A DNA stretch of 64,000 nucleotides from the human T2T-CHM13v2.0 reference genome, Homo sapiens, in assembly GCF_009914755.1 (NCBI RefSeq), contig NC_060935.1. One strand, given 5' to 3'. The notes beneath the pieces were generated by a model. It did no database searches, was not told where the DNA came from, and was given only the letters and a program-made list of their open reading frames with translations. Position numbers and translations under genes: made by a program. Positions 41,226 through 53,766 of this stretch are shown here, one piece after another. The number at the start of each line of letters is the position of its first letter. The first letter of the stretch is position 1.

Positions 41226-41939
41226 GGGGTAGGAGACACTAAAGCTGCTTAACGCTGGGGAACAGCAGCCTCCACTCAGTAGCAGAAGCCGTAACCCTTC
41301 CGCTCCCAGGACGGGCCATAGGACGTGGGAACCCGAGACGCAGGAAGTGGTGACCTGTGGGACACGGAGCCCTAGGAGTTCGGATCACGAGGGACATGGG
41401 GAGTGGGGGATGGGAGAGAGCGCTGAAGCACTGATGAAGCCCCTGGGGGCTAGAAGCCTGGGGTGATGTGGATGTGGAGCAGGTGCTTTGGCTTCTCTCC
41501 TGGTCTGTGGGCTACAGTTTCCCTCTGGGAAGCAGCAGGGTCGTTGCCCGGAGCAAGCTTCGAGTGGCAACCCAGAAGTGAGGAGGTCAATCCCCGCAGC
41601 CCCCTGCCTCCTGCCTCCACCCTCCCACCTCCCACAGGTTGGGTCTCTACTTCTCTTAAGAATCCCCATCTGCAGCTGCTAAAGTTTGCATTCTTTCTTT
41701 CTTTTTTTTTTTTTCTTTCTTAAGAATCCCCATCTGGCCGTGAGCCAGACTGACCCAGTGCCCTCCAGCTCCGAGTGTGACTTCCTGGCGTGCCCTGCTC
41801 TGCCGAGCTGGAGAAGGGCCACCATCGGTGCTCTCTCGGGTATGTGATCTAAGTTCTCACCTTCCTTCCCACTCTTCCTCCGTCCCTCCTCCCCACCCGC
41901 CCCTCTCTGGCACCATGGCATCATGGACCCTGTAAAACC

Positions 41940-42140
41940 AGATAGAGCCGACTTGAAATCTGGCTGTGCTCCTTATTAGCGGGGTGACCTTGGGCAAGTG
42001 ACTTAACCTTTCTCAGTCTCCATCATAGTTCAGTTCAATGAAGACAGTAATTCCTACCCTGCAGGGCTACTGGGAGACTTCCGTGAAATACCGTGGGCGA
42101 AGTGCCAGGCACAGTGCTTGGCACACGGCAGGTGTTTACT
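41940..42140 (+). mobile_element. MIR SINE
   Basis: 'gtgaccttgggcaagtgacttaacctttctcagtctc...cacagtgcttggcacacggcaggtgttta'. Confidence 0.85.
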
Positions 42141-42429
42141 GGGTCAGCCCCATGCTCTTTGGAGTCTTCCCCAAACCTGAGTCAATGCCCTGTGTCCACT
42201 GCCCTCTCTCTGTCCTCCATTCCCCCATCTCTCACAGAGCATGGGACACTTCAGCGTATGGCCTCAAGACCCAACAGGTTCTCCAGGACTGGCCCCTATC
42301 AGGAGAATCCCTCTGTCTAGGAATCTGCACCTCAGCCTGACCTTATTGGGAGTGGGAGCTGGTACCAAGGTTGGATGCTGGGCACTAGTAGCCACTAGAT
42401 ATAGGTCTAGGACATCTGCTGGACCACCA

Positions 42430-42670
42430 GAACGCTCTGGAGCCAGGCTGGCTGGGTTTGAACTCTTACTCTGCCATTCACTATCTGGGTGACCTTAACC
42501 AAGTTATTCAGCCTCTCCATGCCTCAATTTTCTAATCTGCAAAATGGGAATAATAACAAGAGTATCTCATCATGGTTCTGGTAGGAGGATTCATGAGTTC
42601 ATCAGTGTACAGCATTCAGAACCACATTTGACACACAGGAAGTACTAGCTGTGCTTGTTGTCATTACTTG
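42430..42670 (+). mobile_element. MIR SINE, near full length
   Basis: 'gctctggagccaggctggctgggtttgaactc...gtgaccttaaccaagttattcagcctctccatgcctcaattttctaatctgcaaaatggg'. Confidence 0.88.
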
Positions 42671-45600
42671 CTATCCTTCTGAGGGGGTGACTGTCCTCTG
42701 TGGGACCTGCCTGTTCTGAGGTTGCAGATTGATTTCCCTGGGCTTGAGATATCTCCAGATTGCCTACAAAAACAGGAGAAAAGGAGGCAGGACCTGAGTG
42801 GGTGGGACAGGACCACCTAGAACATGCTGAGGACCATTCTGGACCACATCACTCTGTGTTTGGGATCAAGCAGTCCCTACTAAAGCCAGACCTCTCTCTG
42901 TCCCATCTGCTGGCCATGGGGCCTTCCCATGATGCAGCTCTGGCCAGGGGCCTTCTGAGGTACCTGGTGGGGCAGATCCCCAGGGTCCAGGCCAGCTTGG
43001 GGGCGGGGGGGGCAGCAGAGGCTGGAGGGCACAGGGAGAGAGCACAGGGATGCCTCAGCCCAGAGAGACCTCTCTGTGGGCCAGCCCTCCTTACCAGACT
43101 GAGGGCTTTGCCACTGCTCACCCTCCTACAGTCCTTCCCACCACCCGCTTAGGTTCTCTGCAGGGGCTCAGCTGCAGTGGTGCCTCTGACAGGGAGAGGC
43201 CGGTGAGTCACCTCCCCCATAAGCAAGTGTACAAATGGAGGCCCGGAGAGGCCATTGGATTGTTCCAATTCAGGGACACAAATGAATCATTACCAGACTG
43301 ACCAAAATCTCCATCCTCCAGATCTGAGCTAGAACAGGGCAGTGGTGGCTGGAAAAGGAAGGGTGGGGGCCAGTCTAGGGACCCCAGCATGGAGGCTGAG
43401 CAAGTTGGGCCAGTCCCGGACCCAGGTGCCTGGCATTTGGGCCTCTGGACTTGCCCTCTTGGCCTCACCCTTCCTACTCCCCCTTGCTAGCCACCCAGCC
43501 CCAGCCACACTGTCCTAGACTATCATGTACACACTGTGACAAGCTGCCACTTCCTTAATGCGAGTCCTCTGGCAATTCACTTCCCCATTCTGGACCCCAC
43601 TGTGCACATCTGAAAGAAGCGCAGGAGGGGCCTGCCTGCCTATGGGTCTCCAACTCAAGTGAGCGGCCTGCTGTCTCAGCAGAGTGGACACAGCATGGCA
43701 CCTGCTCTCTGCAGAGGGTATCCCACAGGCCCAGGCTGGGTGAAGTTTGACTTCATGGGACATACTGGATGGATGTGGCTGCCCAGTATCATCTCCATGA
43801 CCTTAGGCTTCATGTCAGGCCAAGCCCCAGCTTCAGCAACCCTGCCATGGGAACCCTGCTGGCAACGAGAGTCCTGGGGAAATGTTGCAGCCTACTTGCC
43901 ACATCTGGGACTCTGTGGGCCCTCACATGGTATTAATGCTCTTTTTAAAAATGGCCTGCATGATAATTTTGCTTCAGCAAAGAAATTCTTAAGTATCCCT
44001 CCTTTTACCTCTATCGTACCCCACCCACACCATCGGCCCAGGTCATCTGGCCCTTAGGGGCCATGATTTGGTGGGGTGCGGGCGGCGGGGAATGCAGGGA
44101 GGGCAAAGGGAGAAGGAAGCACCTGCAGTGGCTGCCGTATGTGTGCATGTCCAGGCCCAGAAAAGCGCGTTCCCAGGGGCCTCACAAGATTTCTGGCGCT
44201 GCTGGTCTCCGACCACGCTAGGATGCTTGATGGATGGGAAGTGCCTGGTTTGTCGAGTCCTTGCTGGGCTTTGTGATAACTCATTATATTTCTTTCTTTA
44301 CAAATTGCCCCATTAGCACTCCTGAATTGAACTGAATCATAAAGCCAGGAGCATCTCAGCCTGGGCTGAGTCTGGGCGATGAATTACCTGTGGAGCAAAG
44401 GCCTGCGTTTTGGGGAGGAGGCTGGGGGCAGCTGGCTGGTGTGGGCCCTAAATTCTGCAAGGGAAATGGGTTTGTTTTCTTTAAGCTCAAGAGAATAAAA
44501 GAGTTCTAACCAAGTCCTGCTGGATTTAAATAGCAAGATCTGCCTCGCTGCTCATTGGCTTTCAAGCTGGGGGCTCTGATCCCTATTTGAGGGGTTAAAC
44601 TCTAACCCCATTAAGCCATTTATGGAAAGCTGACCACCAGGGAGGGAGGCAGCCCCTCTTCCTGCAGCCTCCCTAAACCCCACAGATTCCGAAATTGGTT
44701 GTCACTCTCAGTCAGAGGATTCTAAACAAGTAGGCGCTAATCCCCTCTGTTAAGGAGATACTTATTTTGTCTGAAAAACTTCAAAGAGCCCATGACAGAC
44801 ACTCAGAATCAAAATTAGCATTCCAATGAGGATTTAAAAAATAATAATTCTTACAGTTCTGCAGAAGAGAGGAGGAGAGGTGAAGTGACTGGCCCGGAGG
44901 CTGGGGGAAGGAGGAGGGGGCGAGCTCCTTTCATCTGCCCACCCCAGGAGCTCTGGGGATCTGCCCTGCTGGCTGAGATGTGGAGCTCCCTCTCCATAAA
45001 GGGGCAAAGGCTGGCCTGCAGCCTGCCCCGCCAGGGTGGGCAGGAAGTGGCCACTGCCCCAAAAGGATTGTGCAGATGAGGAATTCAAGGCTTAGAGAGG
45101 GCCGTGGTACCCTGCCCATCAGTGACTAAGCTGCAGTTGAAACCAGGTCTCTGCACCTGGGGTGGGCCTGCATGGCAGGATGGGTTGCCGGTCAGTCTGC
45201 CTGAAGGCGGCAGTGGTGTTCTCTACTGGCAGTGCTTATAGGAGATGGAGACACTGGCATGTATCCCAGGACAGGTGAGTGGCAGAGTGTGGAGCCAGCT
45301 GCCTGACCAACACCCCTGCCATGTTACAGCAGCATGAGGGAACTGCCAGAGGGCTGGGCTTCTGACACTTCCCTCCTGATGAGTCACCACTCACCCCCAT
45401 GCCTGACCTGTCCCTTTGCTGGATGATTTCACCCCAGCCCCACGCCACCCCTTAACTCATCCTTCCCACCCTAGGAGGCCTCTCTAGCCCTCCCTCACCG
45501 GTGTCATCTTGGCATTTTCCTCTCTTGAGGGACCCCACTGTTCCAGATGCCCCCGGCTTCCAAGGCTGGGAGGAGCCACTCATCTCCAGACACGCTCCTC

Positions 45601-46789
45601 CCTCCCAGTTGCTCTGGCACCTTCCTTTCTGAAGCTGCTTAGGTACCTGCAGGGCTCCCAGGGCCCCCTTGGCTCCTGGGCCAGCTCCCCAACTTGCTCT
45701 GTTGGCTCCCGCTTGGGCTGCCAGGAAGCCAGGCGGCAGTGCCCATCAGTAGGCACAAAGCTCCCTCCTGCATCCCATGGCCAGGCTGCCCCAAACCGTT
45801 TCTGGTGTCAGCACGGCAGGGAGGACCTCATACCTTAGAGACTGACTGCCAGGACAGGGGCCATGGAAGTTCCCTGTACCCTCTGTCTTCCCTGTAGCCC
45901 CTTACCCCCAATACACACTGCTTTTCTGCAACACCTCCAAGCTCTATCCATCCCTCTCATCTACCCAGACCCCACCAACCCCTCTCCCCACCTCCAAGGC
46001 TGATCCAGAACCAGGTTCCATCTATGCAGTCACACACTCCTTCAATGTGTAGGTGTGCTCTGTGCCTGGCCCTGGGTTGGGCACCCCAGCACATACCCTG
46101 CTCTTGGTCTGCTTCCAGCCAAGTGGGAGACACAAGCAGGAGTGCTGGGCCATCGCAGTACACAGGCTGTAGATCTCTGACAGAGGGAACAGAGAAATCC
46201 ATGCTGTGGCAGATCCTGAGGAGGTGCCAGGAAGTGGGGTCTCAGAGCTTCAGGAGGAAGCCATCAGGTGCGCGGAGGAATGAAGGGCCTTTGGGGTGGA
46301 GACCGCAGCCTGCAAATCGCAGAGAGGCCAGAAGTGCCTCGGGCTGAGGGGGACCCAGACCCTCAGCTCAGGCAACTCTGGGCCCCTCCTGATCGCTAGC
46401 GGGGTCCCCAGGCCCTTTATGGAGTCCAGGCGGTCCTGGCTACCTGTTCTGTTAACAGGATCGGACAGCACATGAACTTCAGAGAGGGGAAGAAGGAAAC
46501 TCCCGAGGGCTCCCACCTCTACTCACCACTGACGCTCCCAGCCACCAATGAGAGGGACCCCTTGAAGGCATTACCTCATGCAGGACAATGGCCATTGGCT
46601 CCTGGTACTAGTGAAGGCTGACGACCTCCAAAAGGTCCTGCTTTGGGCATTAACCCTTCTTGAGGCAAGTCTGGTCTCTCCTGACAGCCAGTGTCCTCCC
46701 TGTGAAGATGGATCTATTCAAAGCACCTTCATGTCCACTCTCTCATAACATAGACGCCTCAAACTTTCATGCTCTGAGACTGCGTAGGC

Positions 46790-47108
46790 CAGCATTGTCC
46801 TATAGAAATACAATGTGAGCCACACAGGTCACTTTAAAGTTTCCAGGAGTCACATTTAAAAAGGATTAATTTTAATAATACATTTTCTTTAACCCAATAT
46901 TATTACTGGGTTTATAAAACCCAAAACATTATCATTTCAACATGTAATCAACATAAACATTATGAATGAGATATTTTACATTCTTCTATGGTGATGAGTC
47001 ACAGAAATCTAGCGTGTATTTTACACTCACAGCACAGCTCAATTCCTACGAGCCAAGTTTCAGGTGCTGCTCCACGGCTACACGCGGCTATTGTACTCTA
47101 CAGCACAG
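46790..47108 (+). mobile_element. MER33 (hAT-Charlie)
   Basis: 'cagcattgtcctatagaaatacaatgtgagccac...attatcatttcaacatgtaatcaa...gagatattttacattc...gtgtattttacactcacagcaca...cagcacag'. Confidence 0.88.
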
Positions 47109-48899
47109 AGACCAGCATGCTGGGTCTACAGAGGAGAATGCTGGGAGGGAGGAGAGTGGACTTGCTCATGGCCAAATGCAAACCAGGCTCTGGGATGAAG
47201 TCCCCCGACTCTAGCTCCCGGCCTTCCTGCTGTCCTGCTGGAGCCTGAGGTGGCCCCAGGGCACTGAGATGGAAGAGCCCTGGGCTGGTGCTTGAGGCTG
47301 GCATCCCGAGCTGGTCCTGCTGCTCACCTGCCCTCGTATGACCTTGGGGCCCCACTGGACACAGGGGCCCCACCTGGCCCGGGCCTCTTGCCCTGCCAGC
47401 TGAGGAAGGAGGGCCAATGGAGACAACGACAGCACCTGTTCCGTGCCAGGCACCAGGCTGTGGGCTGGGGGTTAGAGTTCCCACCCCGGAGGAGCCTGCA
47501 GTGGGTGGGACAATGGCAGCACAACTAATAAAGCCTTGAGTGAGGAATCAGAGGACACCGTGGGGGCAGTGAGGACAGGGTATTTGCCATTCACGGGGAG
47601 ATGGAAAAGCTGATACTTGAGCTGGGTCTCTGGAGAGGGACAGAAAATCTGCCCAGGGGCCTTTTTCTGACTCACCCAGCTTCCTAAAACTCCAGGAGCC
47701 TAGTTTTTCCTGTCAGGTGAACAGCCGAGGTAAGGAAAGTGCACGCAGGCAGCACAAAGTGGGTGGCCCAGCCCTGCCAAATGGTGCTATGACCCTCTCT
47801 GCAGAGCCTCAGGAGAACAAGACCTAGCCCTTCCCCTTTTTCTGCAGGCACTCCAGACTTCTTTGGCAGAAATTCCAGGTGTAAGCGGATAAATTGGATC
47901 TGTGCTTGGGCAGGATGGCAGCCTGAGTTCTGCCTGCCACAACCTGAGGTGGGAGCCAGTCTGCCTCCTGGGCTAAGGCTGGGCGGTGGCTGTGGGGCCC
48001 GCGGGCTGCAAGGCCAGTGCTCTGCAGGCAGGGCCAGGCTGCCTCTTGCCCACACCTGGCCACTAAGCCCCGAGGCCGGTAATGAGGATCTCCTGCACCA
48101 CCGTGGCTCAGAGGAGGCCTCCTGGCAGCCTGGCCTTGTTCTCATTGTCCTGCTCCAGCCCAAATGCACCAGGCCCAGGCCTCAATCGTGATCAATGGGC
48201 CGAGGATGTGCTGACGAGGCACTTTCATCTTTTCTCAAGGCTGGTGTTTGAACTTCTCTGAGCAAGCGGCCTTCCCAAACGGGCTTGTCTTCTAAGAAGG
48301 CGGCCAATCTCCTTTCCCTTGCTTCCTAAGCAGGCTGATCCTGAGAGTTATTGAGGCACAAGAAAGGAGATGTTCAAAGGCAAATCTAAATTACCGTCCT
48401 CTTCAGACTGGGGAAAAGTCTTATTAAGTCGCCTGCGTGTGATTCCCGGCCTATTTCTGTCTGCAGACCTTTCTTCCTTTGTGCCACATAAATGGACACA
48501 TCTTATTGATTTTCTTTCAACCTGGATCACCTCCATGGCTGTGAATGTGGGCAGACAAATCCCACTCCTTCCTTCCCTGTGGGGCTGAGGAAGGATGCTG
48601 GTGGCAGCCAACAGGGCCGGCCTAGGGGGCTTCTGCGCCCTCCTCACCACCCACTTCCCACTGAACTCAGCAACCCTGCCTGAGAGCCAGCACTTTCTGT
48701 GGAGGAGCCAGGAGGCCACTGCAGGCCTACAGGGAGGCTTTGGGACCGCGGAGCCACGGAGCCACGAGGCAGCCTGCAGCGTGGGCCAGGCAGAGGGAGC
48801 TTGACGACGGCGGGGGGCGGGGGGGGGGCCCTGCCCTCAGCCTGCTCTCTCACTTCCTGTGCCTCCCACCGTTTCTCGTCTACCGCTCCCCCGCCCCCA

Positions 48900-49335
48900 G
48901 TCCTCACTTTGTTCACCCCACTCCAGCCCTGACCCTTGGCTGAGTATGCCACATACATTTCCATTTCAGGGACTTCGCATTTGTCTTCCCACACATAGAA
49001 AGCTCTTCCCCCAGACATCCCCAAGGCTCATGCCCTCACCTTCCAGTCTCCACCCAAATGCAGCTTCTCAGGGAAACTTTCTTGAGCCACCCCATTTAAA
49101 ATTGCAACCCATCCCCCGTATTCCGTGCTGCCCCCACCGCCACACACTTTATCTTTCTGCACCTCACTCATCGTAATTGACATACTGTTTCTTTTCCTTG
49201 CTTGTGTTGGTTGTCTGTCTCCCTTCACTAAAATCTCCATGTCAGCAGGGGCTTCTGCCCCTTTTGTTCACTATAGTGGCACCAGTACTTAGAATAGTGC
49301 TCAGTATACAGGGGTGATTAACAAATAAATTGTCC
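48900..49335 (+). mobile_element. L2 3' end
   Basis: 'cactccagccctgaccc...tcagggacttcgcatttg...cttttgttcactatagtggcaccagtacttagaatagtgc...aacaaataaat'. Confidence 0.8.
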
Positions 49336-49407
49336 AGTGTGTGACCACAGGCCATACACAGGGCCTGGCCAAGGCCAGCATTCCGGCTTCTGTGATCCAG
49401 GCACCAG

Positions 49408-49422
49408 CCTCCAGAGGGCGCC
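49408..49422 (+). promoter_or_regulatory. Candidate CTCF motif
   Basis: CCTCCAGAGGGCGCC versus consensus CCRSYAGRKGGCRSY (one mismatch). Confidence 0.55.
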
Positions 49423-49994
49423 ACACAGGATGCCCAGCCCCGATCCTCCAGGGAGGATCATCTCTGCTCCAGATCACTGCAGGCTCCCAGAAAAAGGATC
49501 CAGACATTCCCCGGGCCGGAGGTTTGGCCTGGGCACTGACTGCCCTAGCTTTGGCCTCAGAACAGATGGCTTCTATGTCCAGGACGATGTCTCTGATCCT
49601 ATCAGTTATCAGGAACAGGCCCCTTGTGAGGGTGTTTCACCCCACCAGACCCAGCCGGCCAGGACGGTGCCACATCAATGCTCTGGGCCTTCAGCTGCCT
49701 CCCACAAGCCACTCCCAGAGGGTGGAACCACCTCTGGGGACCCCAGGGCTGCCACGCACCTCCCTTACTATACCCTAGGCCAGGTGGTGGGTATAATAAT
49801 TATTGTAGAAACCACCCTGGTTGGCCAAAGGATACCTGACTCCCCAGTTACTCCCTGGGTGGCTTTTTCCATCTCCTCACCTCAGTTTCCCCATCTGCAA
49901 CGTGGAAAAGGTGACCCAGAGAACCAGAAGACCCCTTCTTCTGTCAGTCTGACAGTCAATGGCCTTCTCATGTGTCCCTCTCTCTCTCAATGGG

Positions 49995-50126
49995 CCAAAT
50001 CATCTTTGAGGGCCAGGACAATCTCTGATTTTTGTCCTCATACAGCCCAGGGCCTGGCTCCAAGTAAGTTCTTAGTGGGTGTTTGTTGAATGACTGACCG
50101 ACTGACTGACTGACTGAATGAATGAA
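49995..50126 (+). mobile_element. L2 3' terminus with (TGAC)n/(TGAA)n tail
   Basis: 'ctttgagggccaggac...cccagggcctggctccaagtaagttcttag...tttgttgaatgactgaccgactgactgactgactgaatgaatgaa'. Confidence 0.75.
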
Positions 50127-50329
50127 CCTGCAAGTGTGCAGGCCCATAAAGAAATGGACCTTAGGCCCCGGCATCACTTTGCTGGTCACAGCTGAAAATC
50201 CCCATGCATCGGCTTGCTAGAGAGAAGCAGACAGACAGATGGAAGCAAGCAAGGCCCAGGAATTCTTTGGGGGAAAGTGGCTCATTTCCAAAGGGAAGGC
50301 TATAGGCTGTGGGAAGACAAAAAAAATTC

Positions 50330-51290
50330 CTCAAAATTAAACCAAAGGAGGGGTTTGGGGAGCGATGGGGCTCCGAGGGATTTATTAATGCACGCCTCCG
50401 AGTGATTCTTCCTCCTGCAATCCAGGCACGGGGTTAGCACCGACTTCCAAATTATATTTAATTGGACAATTATTCAAACTGAAAAACCTGCACAGGAAAC
50501 GAAGGCGGTCCTTAATAAACACCTTGTCTCCTCAGCCCCAAACAGGCAAGTCGTTTACTGACCCAAGAGGCACAATTTTGTCTTTGGTAAATTTATTTTG
50601 AAGTAATTGCCGACTCCGGGAGTAACCATTTTTCAAAGGGAAACTTGGCTCTAGCCAGCAGAATAATAAATTGTTCCTGACCCGTGTGAAGCCTAATCCC
50701 ATTAGAAAGATGTGTGCTTAGAGGGTGCAGGGCGGCGCACAGAGGCCAGGGATGGCCCTGCGCTCGGCGGCAGAGGCGCCCGGCTGGTGACCAGGGGAAG
50801 CCTCCTGGGCTGACCCGTGCACAGCCACAGGGACCAGCCCAGACGTTCTCTACAGCGGGGGCTGCAAGAGCTAGGGCAAGGGTGGGTGGGAGGTTGTCAC
50901 CTGGCCGTGGTCGCCACATCGGGGAGAGGACTAAAGCTTCCGCAGCCACCTCCGGCTCCGCCTGGGGCAGGACACAGCCTCCAAGCCCAACCTCTTCCCG
51001 GGTCTCCTTTCCCATCTCCTCCCTGACCACGCCTCACCACGCCCCTCCACCAGGTGAGTCCTCACCTCCTCTCTCTCCAGCTCTGCCTGGCCCTGACCCG
51101 ACCCGCCTACCTTCTCCCTGCCCCTGGTGAGCTTGTGCAGAACCCGAGGGCACAGCGTCTTTTGCGCAGAAGGCGCACCGCGCGACCAGCACCTTGTTGA
51201 GCAGCTGAGGGCCTTGGGGAACCTGCTTTAATGAATAGGAGTGCGTTCATAAACAGCATATCCATATGCAAATGAGTACCTCCAACAGCC
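50330..51290. promoter_or_regulatory. Candidate enhancer with adjacent CpG-rich patch
   Basis: TAAT-rich block 50330-50710, CpG-rich block 50720-51200, octamer ATGCAAAT at 51266. Confidence 0.5.
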
Positions 51291-51509
51291 TGGAAACAGG
51301 CTGGTCTCTGATTGCTTCTATTTGAGCAAACACAATTTATAAACTCTGGGGTCTTTTTTCAGGAAAGGAATGAAGGGGCTTCCCTTGATTTACAAATTCC
51401 AACTTGAAAGGCAAGGTTCTTCCTTCTATGTCTAGTACAACTCAATGCCCCCAAATCCAGGCTTGGCCTTAGGTGATCTCTAAGGTCCTTGGGAGACCTT
51501 GCCCTAAGG

Positions 51510-51615
51510 TCCCCAAGGCAGGGACCTTTGGTTTTGTTCACCGATGTGTCCAAGTTCCTACAACAGTGCCTGCCATGAAATGATATTCAATAAATATTGT
51601 TCACATAAGTGAACT
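51510..51615 (+). mobile_element. L2 3' terminus
   Basis: 'aggcagggacctttggttttgttcaccgatgtgtcc...aacagtgcctg...tcaataaatattg'. Confidence 0.75.
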
Positions 51616-51750
51616 CCTGGAGAACCCCTCCTCCATTGCATCACACAGCCTTTCTTCAGACCTTGAGCAAGACACTAGAGGTGGACTCTTGAACTGTGAT
51701 TATCCTCTTCCCTTTTTTTCCAGCTGGGGAAGCTCTGAGAAACTAAGTAA

Positions 51751-52329
<579 letters not shown>

Positions 52330-52859
52330 ACGAGGGGCCTGTTTCCCTGCTCTTAGGCATCAACATGCAGCCTAGGAGTTAGGGCAAAGTACCCCTGCCT
52401 TTGGTCCTCTTCGGGGTGGCAGTGCTTGGGCCCCTTGTATCTAACAAGGCTGCTTTATCAGAGGACAGCGACCCCACAAAGCAGGGAGGCTGCCTCCGTT
52501 GGGTTCTAATTCCTGGGCCTTCTACTGCCCTCACCCCATCCCAGCAGCTTCCGGACAACCTAAGGGAGCCAGCACCACACCACTCTCATTGACTCCCTGA
52601 AACCCTCTTCTTTGCTCCCGCCCCTGGGCTTCCAGATCATCTTCCCCACTCAGTGGCTTCCTTCAGGATTTCAATGACTGTGGCTTCTTTGCTTAATAGG
52701 AAAGGAAGCGTGTTGGCAATATGCCCTCAAAGTTTTACTCCTACCTAGAAACAAGCCTAGGGCAGCAGCTGGAAAAACGGGGCATTTAGCCTGCCCCAGA
52801 GAATACCAGAGCCAAGGAGTCCATGTCCTGGGAGGACTTTGTGGGGAAGCAGTTTAGAA

Positions 52860-53010
52860 GCTGGAGGTTAGGAGAGCATGTCATGAAGTCAGACCCAAAT
52901 GTAACCCCTCCCCTTCCTTTAATGAACTGAGTGACTTTCAAAAGACACACCACCTCTCAGAGATTGTTTCCTTGCCTGGAAAATGGAATGATAAATAGAG
53001 TGTAAATTGC
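52860..53010 (+). mobile_element. MIR fragment
   Basis: 'aactgagtgactttcaaaagacacaccacctctcagagattgtttccttgcctggaaaatggaatgata'. Confidence 0.5.
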
Positions 53011-53051
53011 TAAATTGTTGTGATCATGAGAGTTTACATTTCTTGAGTGCT

Positions 53052-53766
53052 TGTTATCAAACCAAACTTGGGCCCACCTGCCAGGCACAGCAAAGCCAAA
53101 CACTGACATCAGGATTTGCAGCGTGAGAAAGTGAGGCATTTATTGCAGGATGCCAAGCAAGGAGAATGGGGCAGCTCATGCTTAAGACCTGATGGCTCAC
53201 AGAAAAGGGCTTTTAAAGGTGGGGAGGCAGGTATATGACTTTACAAGCAAAGTCATCAGTCAGTCCACGGAGGCGATTCATCGGTTTGACCTAAAAAGGC
53301 TGGACACCTTGCAGGTGGGGAGGAAGGGGAGGTGGATTCAAAGATATTCTCATTTGTGATTGGCTAAGCAGCTAAAACTCTGGGGGTCAGCAGAAAAGAA
53401 TGTTGAGCTCTGGCCTGTGGGCGTGACTTCCTCCAGGACCTTCAGGAAGAACTTTAGAACAAAGAATGGTGCTCAGAGTTCAGCCCTCAATTCCTCCTTA
53501 TGTGAGGTCTATGTGCCAGCAGTTGGCCTTTCTCATTTAGTCGGAGTCTGGGTTTCTGAAAAACAACTCAGAGACATATGGTAAGATGTCATCTTTAGTT
53601 TCTAGAGGAACCATCATTTTGTGACTCTGTCTTCCTTGGTGATTGTTTTAAGCTACTGTTAGCTTCTTGCTTAGCAGGTTGTTCATTGACTTCTCAATGC
53701 TAGCTAGGTCCCCTTGAAGGAACTCAAGATTTTTCTTTATTTTCATGCCTCGGGGCTGGTGCCCCA
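53052..53766 (-). mobile_element. ERV1-type solo LTR (subfamily not assigned) inserted in a MIR
   Basis: TG...CA ends; antisense poly-A signal 'gcatttattgc' near the left end; ~715 bp. The flanks join into contiguous MIR sequence with a 4-bp TSD (TGCT / CACT). Confidence 0.75.

Noticed and set aside
49337-50089. Longest ORF (250 aa)
   Set aside because: Non-ATG start, no recognisable domain, Pro/Gly/Ser-rich composition expected of GC-rich non-coding DNA, and the 3' part runs through MIR-like and L2 sequence.
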